Shown here: one piece after another, positions 20,815 through 32,039 of the stretch
Layout of the letters: each line of letters starts with the position of its first letter
How positions within the stretch are numbered: position 1 is the first letter of the stretch
NCBI GenBank assembly: GCA_000826855.1
Contig: JTLS01000054.1
Coordinates: 1-36,953, forward strand
Source: Basidioascus undulatus
Lineage: Eukaryota
Direction of reading: 5' to 3'
Length of the DNA: 36,953 nt
Position numbers and translations under genes: made by a program
Notes under the pieces: generated by a model
Told to the model about the DNA's origin: nothing
The model's input: only the letters and a program-made list of their open reading frames with translations
Databases searched by the model: none

Positions 20815-23800
20815 TCAGAATCCATCCCACGGCACGTCCTCTCCGTCCCACTTCAACGGGACCGACGTGTTCTCAGCGCGTGCGGGCCAGGCCTGTTCCT
20901 CCTTGTGCTCAGTATTCTGGCTTATCCGTGCATCCGCCATTACCCCGAAGCAGAACTCACCTTTGCCAGCCCGTCCCAGATCTCGATGTCCGAGAATGTC
21001 GCGCTGGAGTTCTGGTTCCAGAGCGCGATCCCGCGCGCGTCCTCTGCCCACGGGTAGATCCGCGCGGAGAGGACGAACCCGTCGTTGGCGTAGACTTCGA
21101 TAATCGAGTTGTCCACTGCGCGTCCCCCATCCCCATCCTCAGTCAGCTACCCGGCCGACTCGCCCGAGGAGAGAGGAATTAAGGAGAAGGGGAAGGGGAA
21201 AGAGGAGGGAGGGAAAGCGTACCGAACACCCGCAACTCCAGCGCCTGCCGCTTCCCATCGACCTCCCACAGCCTGAACTTCCCGTGCGCGTCAAACTTAG
21301 CGAACGCGTCGAGCGGGGCGGCGGGGTCGAAGGAGTAGGCGGAGGAGCGCGAGCGGTCGATGCGCAGCTCCTCGGCCTCCAGGTCGTAGTACACGACCGT
21401 CTCCTCGCCCGTCGTCTCTGACCGCCTCAGCACGAGGCCGGCCTTTCCCGCGCCTTCCCCGAACTCGATCCGCGCCTTCAGCTCGAACGACGCGCCCGCC
21501 TCACCGAGGCCGTACCGCCCCTCCACGTTCCACTCATCCTGCGCCAGCGCCTTCTCGACCCGGTACGCCGCGCCCTCGCGCACGCGCTCTACCTCCTTCA
21601 CAGGGCGGACGCCGAGCGAGCGGACGGTGTACTTCCCGTCCGCCGCGGGAGTGGAGGTCCAACTCTTGCGGGGGTTCGTCTCGGCAGCGGCGGCGGACGT
21701 TACGCCGGTGAGGGTCCGGATGAAGAGCTCCCGCGGAAGGACGAGCGAGCCTTGATACCCCAGCGCGCGGGGAATGGGCCACTCGGTACTGCGGGAGGGG
21801 AGTGAGTGAGGTGTGGGAGGGGGAACGGAGGGAGAACGGACCTGTTGAGGGCTTCGGGGAGCCAGCCCAGTAGGATCTTGCGCTTCGGTCCGCCGAGGGA
21901 GGAGGGCGGGGCGTGGAAGTGGTTCGTTGCATCTGCGGAATGCACGCAGTGCAATCAGCTACATTCTGAGGTTCCTCTGCTTTTCGCTACAGCTCAACGT
22001 ACAGGTAGCGCCGAAGTCGCCAGGAGTACTACGGAACAGAAACTGTCAGACCTGTCGGAAGGGGGTGGAGGTGGAGGGGAGGGAGAGGACTCACACAGCG
22101 AACGGAACGAGCTCGACCGAGCCGTCCTCCCGCTTCTTCAGGTCGCCCATCGTCACGAGCGCGCGGGGCTGGTCAGCTGTGGTCGCGTATGTTCCATCCT
22201 GTCAGCTTGCTGTGGGGAAGAAGGATGGATAGATTGATGGAGGGACGGACGCGGGAAGAGACCCTCGACACCGTGGTGCACCGCCCACCACTTCTGAGGC
22301 TCCTCGCCCTCGGGCGGGTTGGGCTCCTCGAGCTGGAGGAGGCCGCTCATCTCAAACTGCGAGGAGGGCCCATGTTAGTCCACTTGGGCCTTTGTATTTT
22401 CAAAGAGAGCGCATACGTTGCCGCCGTAGTTGCCAGACCAGCCCTGTGTTTCCAGACGCAGCTCAGTCGTCTGGACTCGGGGCCATGAACAAAAGACGAA
22501 GAAGAAAACAAACCTGGTCCCCATCCCAGCTCTCGTTAATGTTTGCATGGAACAGCGGCCCCACATACTCCCACTTGGTGAGGTGGGGCACGGTCGGGTC
22601 GACGGTCTTGTACAGCAAAACGCGCCCGCCCGCCTGGTCCTCGGGGCTCTTGAGGCCCGAGCCGAGAGTGAAGTACGCCGTGCCTTCCCAGTCCTCCGGC
22701 TGCACATGCTCGCGCAGCGCGTCCGCCTCGAAAACAGCGAGGGGGTCGCGCCAGCCTGAAGTGGGTGGGGATAGCGGTTTAGCAGGATGCTTGGGAGGCT
22801 GGAGAGGGGGTGGGGGTGGGGAAGAAGACCCGTACCGGTGATGTTCCAGTAGCTGCTGGGGGAGGGGACAATGGGGTTGCCCTCGTACTGCGTGCACGAT
22901 CTCTTAGAGCTTGTTGTGTGGAGGGGAAAGATGAGAAGCAATAGTACCTTGTTCCACGTCAGGCCGTTGTCGGACGTGTGCGCGAGGTTTACCGTCTCGG
23001 TGTCCGGAAGATACCTGAAAAGCAAGAAGTCAGCACAAAACTGGACCTTCGTAGCGTGCGGAGGACTCACTCCGAACGCCAGAAGGTGGGCAACTTGTTC
23101 ACACTGGCGAGGAAAGTCAGCGAGCGCCTTAGGGGAAGAGTAGGTGCCTCTTCTCTCACCCAGTGTACAGGATCGCCCAGCCGCCCTTCCCATCGGGGAA
23201 TGCGCCGCCAGAGAACTAATAGCAGAAGCATTTGGTGAGCTGACGCGACCGAGGTTGGGTAAAAGGACGACGCACGATACCGAGCTTGTCCGGGTTGGAG
23301 TCCGAGCTCGGGTCAGGCACGAACGCCGTCGGGATGAGGTAGCTCGATCCTGGGATGTTGGGCGCGGGGACGTCCGTCCACGTTATCATGTCCTCGCTCG
23401 TGGCATGGCCCCTGAGAACGTCGAGGACAGCCTGGGTAGTGAGCACGAAGTCGGACGAGGGAGGGGAGTGCGCACCAGCTGATGTTGCCCCTACATCCTC
23501 GAACATGAAACAGTTGAGTAACAACGTTCTGTTGGTCCAGAGCAGAGCCCCTCGGTGCTCACCAGCTAACATGCTCGGCGTAATACTGCGGCGGTAGGGA
23601 CCAGGAACGTCAGCAATGATGCGGCTCTTGTGGTCATGGTGGTCACATATCGAAGGAATGTACCTGATAGGAGAAGTGGAACTTCTGTGTCTCCTCATCG
23701 AAGTAAGGAGCACAAGGGTCGCTGCATCCGCAGAAGGATCAGCGACATTCAGCTGGCAGTCCCGCTTTCAGACGTACTTCATCCACGAGCTACACAACAA

Positions 23801-24025
23801 CTGATATCAGCTCCAGCCTCCTACCAAAACTAGCACGGTCAAGCATGGTACTCACTTGGGGCCCAAAAAGTGCACGGTAGGCCGCCATTTGTTGAAGAGA
23901 GTGTTGTTGCCCAGCGTGGACAGGTCCGGCAAGGAAGCGTCGTCCTGGCGCGGAAGACTCTGAGGCAGAGCCAGCGCACCAGCGGCAGCGAGGAGCGGTG
24001 CTGAAGTCACTATGTGTTTGATCAT
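20815..24025 (-). CDS. Secreted glycoside hydrolase family 32 (invertase/beta-fructofuranosidase-like)
   Basis: A signal peptide (MIKHIVTSAPLLAAAGALA) is followed by WRPTVHFLGPNSWMNDPCAPY, WGNISWGHATS, GIFSGG, YEGNPI, GWRDP, GNYGGNFEMS, ILLGWLPE and LSARIYP. TGA at 20817-20815. Many exons, including micro-exons. Confidence 0.93.
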
Positions 24026-24088
24026 GTTTGTGAGACGTTCAGAAGAACGAAGAGAAGAGAGAGAAGACGAACCTTCCACCGCCTGAGC

Positions 24089-24382
24089 TTTTATACCTTC
24101 GAAATTCGGTCCTCCACCCGATTGCGAGGCACGGCGGTGCCAAGTCCAAGTGCTCAAGTGTGAGAGTTGAGAGGGGGATGCTCGGACATGTGAGCAGCAA
24201 GGTCAGGGGCAGGACCTGACGCTAGCCAAAATGCCCTCAGCGATCAGCTTCTCGTCGTTCTCCGCGGGCTCCATGGGCGTTTTGTGCGCCCCGAGCTTGG
24301 CCCCACGCCGGCGGCACGCCGGCGGCACGGTGTATTTTCGGGTTAGTGAAGCGGGGCGACGCCCATGCCTGGTGCCGGCGGT
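24089..24382 (-). promoter_or_regulatory. Invertase promoter: TATA box, SYGGRG (CreA/Mig1-like) sites and GCCGGCGG repeats
   Basis: TATAAAA on the minus strand at 24095-24089, about 65 bp upstream of the ATG. CTCCAC ~24112, CTCCGC ~24260, CCCCAC 24301 and GCGGGG 24351. Tandem CACGCCGGCGG x2 at 24304-24325 and a third GCCGGCGG near 24374. Confidence 0.5.
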
Positions 24383-24477
24383 GGCAGCATTCGTTTAAGT
24401 GCAACGGAGTATAGATATTCCTTTCTCGACGGGGAAGGATGTTGGAAGCGTGATGAGAAATCAGAGGAGAAGACACC

Positions 24478-25652
24478 ATGAAGTTCACCTGAGGGCTCCA
24501 AGAAAATCAGTGCGAGTTCAGCATCAGCGACTCCGCGCCGAGCCTTCGCATGTGCGATCTGACGCACATCGTTCGTTGAGACCGGTTCTTCCTACTCGAA
24601 CTTCGATGGAGTCAACGATTTGAAAGCGAAAGCCGGCGGTTGGTAAGGCTGAAGATCACCACCTCCCCCTTCCTTCGCGCCTCGTTCCCACGGCAAGTAT
24701 CTCCCGGGCCTTTCTTGAAGCTCTCCCGCTCGTTCGCCAAGGCGGCTGTACGTCGCTCCGCGGTCCCGAAGGACCAGCCTGGCTTCACTTTGAACGATTA
24801 CCTGACGGTCAGTAGGACATACTTCTCCTACCGCGTTACACCAGGAGCTGACAGATCACCCTCCCATAACAGCAAAGAAGGTATGTTTTTGGAGACCAGT
24901 TGTGGAAAGGGTTGCATTGCCTTACAATGCACGAACTGCCCCGCAGGCCGCTTAGGCAGTACGTAACAATCACTTACATCTCAAGACTGTGTATCATTTA
25001 CGGGCGGCTATTGAAAACAGGAACGCGTGCATGACCCACTGAAGGAGTTCAGCGCCAGGACGGTGATCAAAGGTCGCTCGGGCATCCGGGAGATCTTATC
25101 TTGATTTGGAACCACCGCATCATCGCGGATGGCGGCGAGAACTTCGGTGGTCTATGTCAACTTTCATAAGGAGAGAGGGTTACTACTGACATGTAGGAAG
25201 GGCCTCGCAGATACGATCTTGGACCTGGGAGCCCGTCAGTGCTGCTGCTTCTACCGTCGGCAAACGCCGCTGACTGACACGTACCATGGCACATAGGGAG
25301 ATCTTGCTTGGAGGGTAAGCCCGGACAGGAAATACTTAGGATACTTTTATTGATATTGAACCTCCCTCAGCTTTCGAGCTGCGTCGCACACGTCTACCTG
25401 ATCAGCGCTGCAGCACTCAACGTCCCTCTGGAAGCGTTGATCTTCGGGGACTTGAGCCAGGTACGCCTACACATTTCCTTCAGGATTTGTTCCTTTTACT
25501 CACTATTCCTATTCATCAGGCTCTGAGCGCCCGTCGCCAAGCGTCGAGAAAACATCCACTACGACGTCTTGGTCACCTCCTCGGCCGGAACAAGTGCAGG
25601 CGTTGCATGCGCAGGTGGAGAGGGTTTGCCCTGTTCTCAACAATTTTGTGAA
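24478..25652 (+). pseudogene. Degenerate multi-exon gene remnant, possibly a CoA-dependent acyltransferase (HxxxD-like)
   Basis: Seven canonical GT..AG introns with branch-like sites lie between about 24808 and 25519, including 8- and 12-nt exons. The best frame gives DLILIWNHRIIADGGENFGGL*RASQIRSWTWEPGDLAWRL, with stops and frameshifts. The boundaries and product guess are weak. Confidence 0.35.
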
Positions 25653-26078
25653 ACCTATAGCTTCTACTAGCCAGCTTCATTATGAGCAGGTGGACGAGTA
25701 AAGGGTTGCTGAAATCAATCACTTGTTCCGACGCACATGTGGCTGTGCACTACTGTCAGGCTTCAAATTGGTCCCAGAAGCATTTGCTATGTGTTTTCAG
25801 ATAGAGTTACTATCCTCGAAAACCCCGGCCACATCTTGTACGCGGCGGGAACAGTGTTGAAACCTGCCGGCAGGCAGAGTGCAGAAGCTCGGTCTTTGCT
25901 CGGTCGCAACAGAGAGATTGCCACAACTGGGTACTTTCCTTAGAAGGAAGTGGTACTATAGTTCACTTGCATCATTCAAGGAATATTTATTCAGTGTCTG
26001 GAAATCTACGGGTGTACAAAACTTTCGATATACTTTGTCGCCGTATCAGACTGAGACGAACTCAAGTGTGGCTGCACC

Positions 26079-26084
26079 GAGTCA
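26079..26084 (-). promoter_or_regulatory. Possible Gcn4/CpcA (TGACTC) element upstream of PRO3
   Basis: GAGTCA lies about 100 bp upstream of ATG 26181 of an amino-acid biosynthesis gene. A single hexamer could be chance. Confidence 0.3.
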
Positions 26085-26180
26085 CCGACAGCCGCCTGAT
26101 AGCACGCCGGCGTCTTCTCTCTTCCCAACCACATCTACGCGCTCTTCGGCTTCTTGGGCACCCTTACTTCCACCTGAATT

Positions 26181-27557
26181 ATGTCCGGATACAGTCTCTG
26201 CGTTATTGGTATGTTTTGTTCATCTTCCCCTGGAGGTCCGCTTGCACTGTGCGGTGCTCTCCATGAGCAGCCCTGACCTTCCTTGCTCTCCAGGCTGCGG
26301 CACGATGGGTGTCGCCGTCCTTTCAGGCGTGATCGAGGGCCTGACCGCGCGGCAAACGACGCTGGCGCAGCAGTCGGCGCTGCCCCCGCACCTGCAGCAG
26401 CAGACGGAGCCGTCCGCGTCGGGGACGTCCACGCCGCTGTCGTCCTCGCAGCCCATGCTCGACGCGCCCGAGGCGTCCCTGCCCTCGCGCTTCATCTGCA
26501 CCGTCAACCGCGAGGAGTCCGCGCGGAAGCTGCGCAAGACTTTCGCGGCGCTTGGGCCGATCGGGGAGAAGGTGGAGATTACGCGGGGAGGAAACGTCGC
26601 GGCTGTGCAGAACGCGGATGTCATCTTGCTTTGGTGAGTCAACGAAGGGACCCTGGGTTGAGAGGAAAGGGGAGCTTCGGGGCTAATAGTTTTGGGAGGG
26701 AGACAGCGCAAAGCCCCAAATGGCGCATTCGATCTTGACGGAGCAGGGCATGAGCGAGGCGCTCGAGGGCAAGCTCCTGATCTCCATCCTCGCTGGCGTC
26801 AAGATCGACCAGATGAAGCAGTGGGTGCCGGCGAGCACGAAAGTCATCCGCGCGATGCCGAACACGCCTTGCAAGGTACGCTGCTCCCACGATACCCCAC
26901 ACGCTCCTTCCCATACTAAATAGAGGGCCCGCGAGCGCAGATCCGGGAAGGCATGACCGTCGTATCCGCGATCCCGCCCGAGTGGGCGCTCGAGCGCGCC
27001 ATCCTCCTCGCCATCTTCTCCTCCATCGGACGCTGCCGCTTCCTCGAGGAGAAGCACTTCGACGCGTGCACCGCGCTCTCCGGCTCCGGGCCGGCGTTCG
27101 CCTGCGTCGTCCTTGAGGCCATGGCGGACGGAGGCGTCATGATGGGTTTGCCGCGCGCGGAGGCGCTCGAGCTTGCTGCGCAGTGTGAGTTGATGTTGTT
27201 GGGGCAGTGCTTCTCAGAACGAACAGGAGGCGTGTTGACCGCGGTCGTCGGATGGCCAACAGCCATGCAGGGCGCCGCCCGGATGGTGCTCCAGACTGGC
27301 ACGCACCCCGCCGCGCTCAAGGACAGCGTAACGAGTGCGTCCGTTTTCCTATTCTCTCGCTCCGTGCTCCACTGTTCATCTTTCGTACGTCGTGGCTGAC
27401 TCGCACCCATTTCCGCGCCGCCCCGAACACAGCTCCCGGAGGATGCACCATCGCAGGTCTGCTCGCGCTCGAGGACGGGCGTGTGCGGTCCACGCTCGCG
27501 CGAACGATCCAGGTCGCGACCACGCACGCCAGCGGGTTGGGACAAGTGAAGAAGTAG
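26181..27557 (+). CDS. PRO3: Pyrroline-5-carboxylate reductase
   Basis: Motifs MSGYSLCVI|GCGTMGVAVLSG (Rossmann fold), ADVILLC, LLISILAGV, VIRAMPNTPCK|IREGMT, FDACTALSGSGPAF, AMADGGVMMGLPR, HPAALKDSVT|PGGCTIAGLLALEDG and GLGQVKK* (TAG 27555-27557). Confidence 0.96.
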
Positions 27558-27675
27558 GTGGGGTGCGGGACTAGGGCCTGGCGGAGGAGGTTGGGGGTGC
27601 AGGTGGAGTACGGTGAAAGTGCGGACGTTTGGATCTGGCTAGGGACTACACTCTTAGCGCGCAGCGTTGTCCGGG

Positions 27676-28850
27676 TTCCGGTGGAGACTGGTCTTGAATG
27701 ATGAAGCGAGTAACGATTGAAATCCAGACCGGGCAAATTGCTAAGAAAGACGTTCATGCGATCACCAAGAAACACGCAGGCAAGCAGAAACCCTCGCACA
27801 GCTCCTTCCACGCGCTCACCCCTTCCCAGAACGTTCACCCCGAGTATTCTTCAAGCTCCCACAGCGTCCCGTCTGCCACGCGGTCGCGAATCCAGAATTC
27901 CCCCCAGAGTCCCCCTCTAGGTTCACCCAAACAAGAGCCACAACCTTCGAAGAGAGCCCAGGCGGCAGACGCGCTGTGATTTTGCCTCTGAAAGCGTCCT
28001 TGATGTCTTGCTGATCCGTGGGCTCGCCTGGGGTCGGTAAGGGGAAGGGTGGTTCGATGCCGAAGATGGCCTTCTGAAGCTTGGACGAGTGCGAAACAAA
28101 TCGATGTTTTGATCGAATCCTTCATCCCCCGCAAGAGCCTCCTGGAAAGTTCGAAAAACGGCAAAGTGAGTCAGGCTTGGCAATCCAAGAATCATGCCAA
28201 CTTCGTGGGCGTCGCTAAAGGGAAAAAGCCGATGGGCGCTTGAGATTCTGAAACGCTTGAGGCGTTGGGTTGTAGGTGAAGCTGCCCAATGGGTCCATAT
28301 ACTCTTCCAGTCGGCTAGCTGTCAGGCTCTGGACATCGACGCCGACTGAGCTAAGGCGGCGAAAATTGGGCAAGTTGGTGACCAACCATGTCACGATCGA
28401 CAAATCAGCCAGGCCGGGTACCAGTGCGTTTTTCCCGGCATCACCAGAAGATGAGAAGCTGAAAGGCAAGAGAAGCGAATGTGTGAGGGCGCGGAGCAGA
28501 GGCTTATCCCTCACGGTACGGACGAAATGCTCCATTCGAGTCACCGGGCTAAGTGTGATCGACGAATAGAGAACGCGAGTAGCGAAGTCATTGAAGGGTT
28601 TTGACAAGACGCAGAGCGTGGCAAGCGTAGCCGAGGAGCGAGGGCGCGCGGATTCACCGGAAAGGGACGAAAGGGCTGGAGATACCTCTTCGATGATGTG
28701 CTTGTGAATCTCGAGGGGAAGCGATGGAAGAGGCATTGAGGAGTATGATCGAGTATTGAAAGAACAGTGAGAGCGGGACAGCGAAGGTCTTGACGAGGGT
28801 GGGTTGTGATGGTGGCGGTAGTGGGTAAAGAAGAGTGGAGCTGGATTTAG
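27676..28850. repeat. Copy A of a diverged direct segmental duplication (copy B about 30013-31395)
   Basis: The flanks are shared: ccggtggagactg..gaagcgagtaa(c/t)gattga at about 27678 and 30014, and gtgatggtggcggtagtg..aagaag(a/g)gtg at about 28806 and 31352. The coding segments are also collinear. Confidence 0.8.
27835..28736 (-). pseudogene. F-box-like protein (N-terminal LPSLPLEI..II motif), frameshifted; copy A
   Basis: Starts MPLPSLPLEIHKHIIEE..TLATLCVLSKPFNDFATRVLYSSITL. It continues through frameshifts as ILGLPSLTHFAV, EALAGDEGFDQ, KLQKAIFGIEP and FWIRDRVADGTLWELEE. Confidence 0.7.
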
Positions 28851-30012
28851 TTGGATGCATGCACTCGGCGCGGTCGGCGGCACATGGATCACCCCGACAT
28901 GCAGTATGCGCTTTGACCATGCAGGAACCGCGTGCAGCGCGCAGACTGTGCAGCGCGCACGCGAACGCCTTGTTCCGACAGGTTCCCAAAATTCATACTC
29001 GGGCGCGGTCCCGGGTGCACCTCAAGAACCCGTTCTGAATAGCTCTTCAAGAGCCAGGAGGCAAAAACAGTCTACACCCAATGTCTACAGATTCCTCGCG
29101 ATTCCTGGATCTCGTACCTCGCTGTTTTCGGAGCTTCTTTCTTCTTTGCTTTCACGAGGACTATTACTGATGCTGTTTTACAGACACAGTAGTCAAAACA
29201 ACAGTTATCTGTGCTGAAAAGTTGATATAAAAGTATGAGAGCTACAGCAGCAGCGTTATTTGCATGATTGGCTGTCCATTAACTCACCGGCAGGCTGTCG
29301 CCCTGAAATGAAAATGGGCATCTTTGCTTTAGATACAAAATGTTTATTCAAGGGGAGTTCCTTGCTTTAAATATAGCGAGAAGGAGCAAGCGTGCCGGGT
29401 AACTCACGATGGCGGTGAGGCAGCGCCTGCTGTACATCCCTGATCTTCTCCGCATTTTATCCAGTGAGTGTAGTATATGTTGTGACCTCTTAGTTATAGT
29501 TGCTATGGAAAAGCGAACTGTTCTGAACAACTGAAGGCAGCTGAAGAAAAGGTTTTCGCGCAGTCCTGCACATATGCATTTCTTCCGGCCGACTGAACAG
29601 GGTTAACTGTGCAAGTTGGTAATTGGGTGAAAGGATTTTAATACTTGGCATAAACACAGCGGGAACATCAAAGATCTCTTGCATTACAAACAGCGCTTAG
29701 TCCCGGTCGTCAGTTGCCTCAACGGGAGTTTACGCGTACAGGACGGCCATGTAGCTTCTGTTCACCCTGGCATTGAAAACTATGTCAAAGAAGGAAATAG
29801 TCCAGAAGACTATTCTAAACTTTCCCTTGAACTTCCTGTTTATGCAAGTCTTGCCACTGCCTTCAAAGCCCGGGCTGCGGACAGCGACAGGCCAGCTGCA
29901 GCGGTCGCAGTGTTAGACCTCCCCAGATTAATGCATCGTTCAAAAGATATGGATAGGGAATGATATTGGTATAAAAGGGACTATATTTCTATTCACGCAG
30001 TTTTATAGGGGT

Positions 30013-31395
30013 GCCGGTGGAGACTGCTCTATCATGGCGAAGCGAGTAATGATTGACGACGTCGACCGGAGCCCGTGCAATGGGGATGCGGTAAGCTACG
30101 CATAACAGAAGCATGTGAGACTTTGTAAGAGCCCACATACGCCCTGGCGGTTTGCTAGAAATATAGGGCAATAGGCAGTTCTGCCTGCGAGTTCAGTAAT
30201 GACGAAGAGCTGAAATGATGCTGGTCTGGCGTGGGAGTGCATGCAGCGGCCAATGCACCCAATGGCAGACATGAACTTCTCGTTCCGTTCAACAGTTGAT
30301 ATGCAATCGTTCATGGAACTGCAAAGATACAAACAAGCAAGCAAGCGAAGCACCGCGCACAGCTCCTCCAGCCTGCAGCGTCCCCTTCTCGAACGCCCGC
30401 CCCGTCTACTCCTCCAACTCCCCAACCGACCCGTCCTTCATGCGATCAGAAATCCAACGGCCTTCCCTCCTCCTCCAAGTATACCCCAAACTACAACCAC
30501 AATCTTCACAGACAGCTCAGGCGGCAGGCTGTGATATTGCTCTCGAATGCGTCAAGGTTTGCGCAGTGCGCTCGCGTTCAAGACGGGGCTCCGAGGGTGG
30601 CGATGGTTCGATGCCAAAGAAAGCCTTCTGAAGCTTGGAATAATGCGTGAGGAATCTGACGATTTGATCGAACCCTTCGTCCCCCGCAATGGCCTCTGAG
30701 AATTCGGGAGCTCGGACGACGACCAGGTGGGTCAGGTTCGGCATCCCAAGAAGTATGTCAACATGACTGGCGTCGCGGAGATTGAGAGAACTAGCGAGTT
30801 GTTGGATATTCTGGAACGCATGGGACGATGTGTTATGAAAGAATCTGACCCACGGGCATACATACTCATCGAGAGCACGGCAAGGCAAGCGTTCAGGTCG
30901 CTAACGTCGATGGCGACTGAGCCAAGACGGCGCAAATTGAGCAAATTGGAGATCAGCCATCTCTGGCTCGAATAGTCTATAGGACGTGGTGGAAGTGCGC
31001 TCTTTCTGGCAAGCGGCCGAGGGCGAATACCGGAAAATTGAAAGGTGAACAGCAGCGAACGCGTCCAGGCGCCGAGAAGAGGCTCGTCTTCCACGGTATA
31101 GACAAATTCGTCTACTTGAATACCACGGCTCAATGTCACCGATGGGTAAACCTAGGTATCGCGAGCGCTTTGAAGGAGCGCGAGACGAGGCAGAGCGCAG
31201 CGAGGAACGCGAGCGGGTGCGAGACGCCGGCGGCCTCCTCGATGATCTGCTTGTGACTATCGACGGGGAGCGGTGGGACGGGCATGATGCGGTTTGGTCG
31301 AGTATAGGGTGGCTAGTCAGAACTGGTTGAGTGAAGGTTTCGACGAGAGTCGTGATGGTGGCGGTAGTGAATGAAGAAGGGTGAAGCTCGATATG
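30013..31395. repeat. Copy B of the diverged direct segmental duplication
   Basis: Collinear with 27676-28850 (see copy A). Confidence 0.8.
30406..31285 (-). pseudogene. F-box-like protein, frameshifted; copy B
   Basis: Segments MPVPPLPVDSHKQIIEE..LAALCLVSRSFKALA, WLISNLLNLRRLGSVAIDV, LLGMPNLTHLVV, EAIAGDEGFDQ, KLQKAFFGIEP and WISDRMKDGSVGELEE* are split over several frames. Confidence 0.7.
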
Positions 31396-32039
31396 TGCCC
31401 AATTCTGTGGAAAGACACATGACAAGTATGCCGCTTCTTCCTTTCTCGTTCCGTTTGAGTGAGGACATGGTTATACGTTCAGGCGGCTGCGGACGTAACT
31501 GGGCTGAAAACGTGGAATCCGCATACCGCCGCGTGTCTGCAGTGGGGATCCAAACACTTACACACGCGTAATCTAGGCATGGCATGTTGTATACTGCGGT
31601 CCTCCCATGAGATTATATTTGAAGCTCATAAAAGTTTTGCGGGTCCTAGGGCTAGACGGTGTGATGCTGTAGTGCAGCTTCAGGCTGCTCGTCAGTCTTC
31701 GCCAGGTGTCGGCACCCACGCGCCCTCGTTCAGCTGATGCCTGAGTAGTATTGTCCGGATAGAATTAGCTTTCGGGAGAAGAGCTCTAGCTCACAGTGCA
31801 TATGCTGTAAGAGAATGGGACGAGCTCACCCGCGACGACGGGATGGTATCATGCAGCCCACGATTGAATACAGTCGGCTTGATCAAGTATTCATCTACGC
31901 AGGTCGTCTAGTCAACTGTCAACACAAAAATTAAGGTCATCCAAGCAACCATGAACGCGACGGTAAGACAGATGTTCGGTCAGAGGCCAGGGACGGGATT
32001 CAGAGAATTCACGACAGCGCTCTGCCTTTTGAACATGCA

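Noticed and set aside
24450..24565. Possible C/D-box snoRNA (GTGATGA..CTGA..CTGA)
   Set aside because: The terminal stem is poor, I recognise no rRNA guide, and it overlaps the probable pseudogene start.
29050..30000. AT-richer spacer suspected to be a transposon relic (also 2800-3500 and 13800-14650)
   Set aside because: I found no terminal repeats, target-site duplications or transposase/RT motifs by eye. A repeat-library search would be needed.
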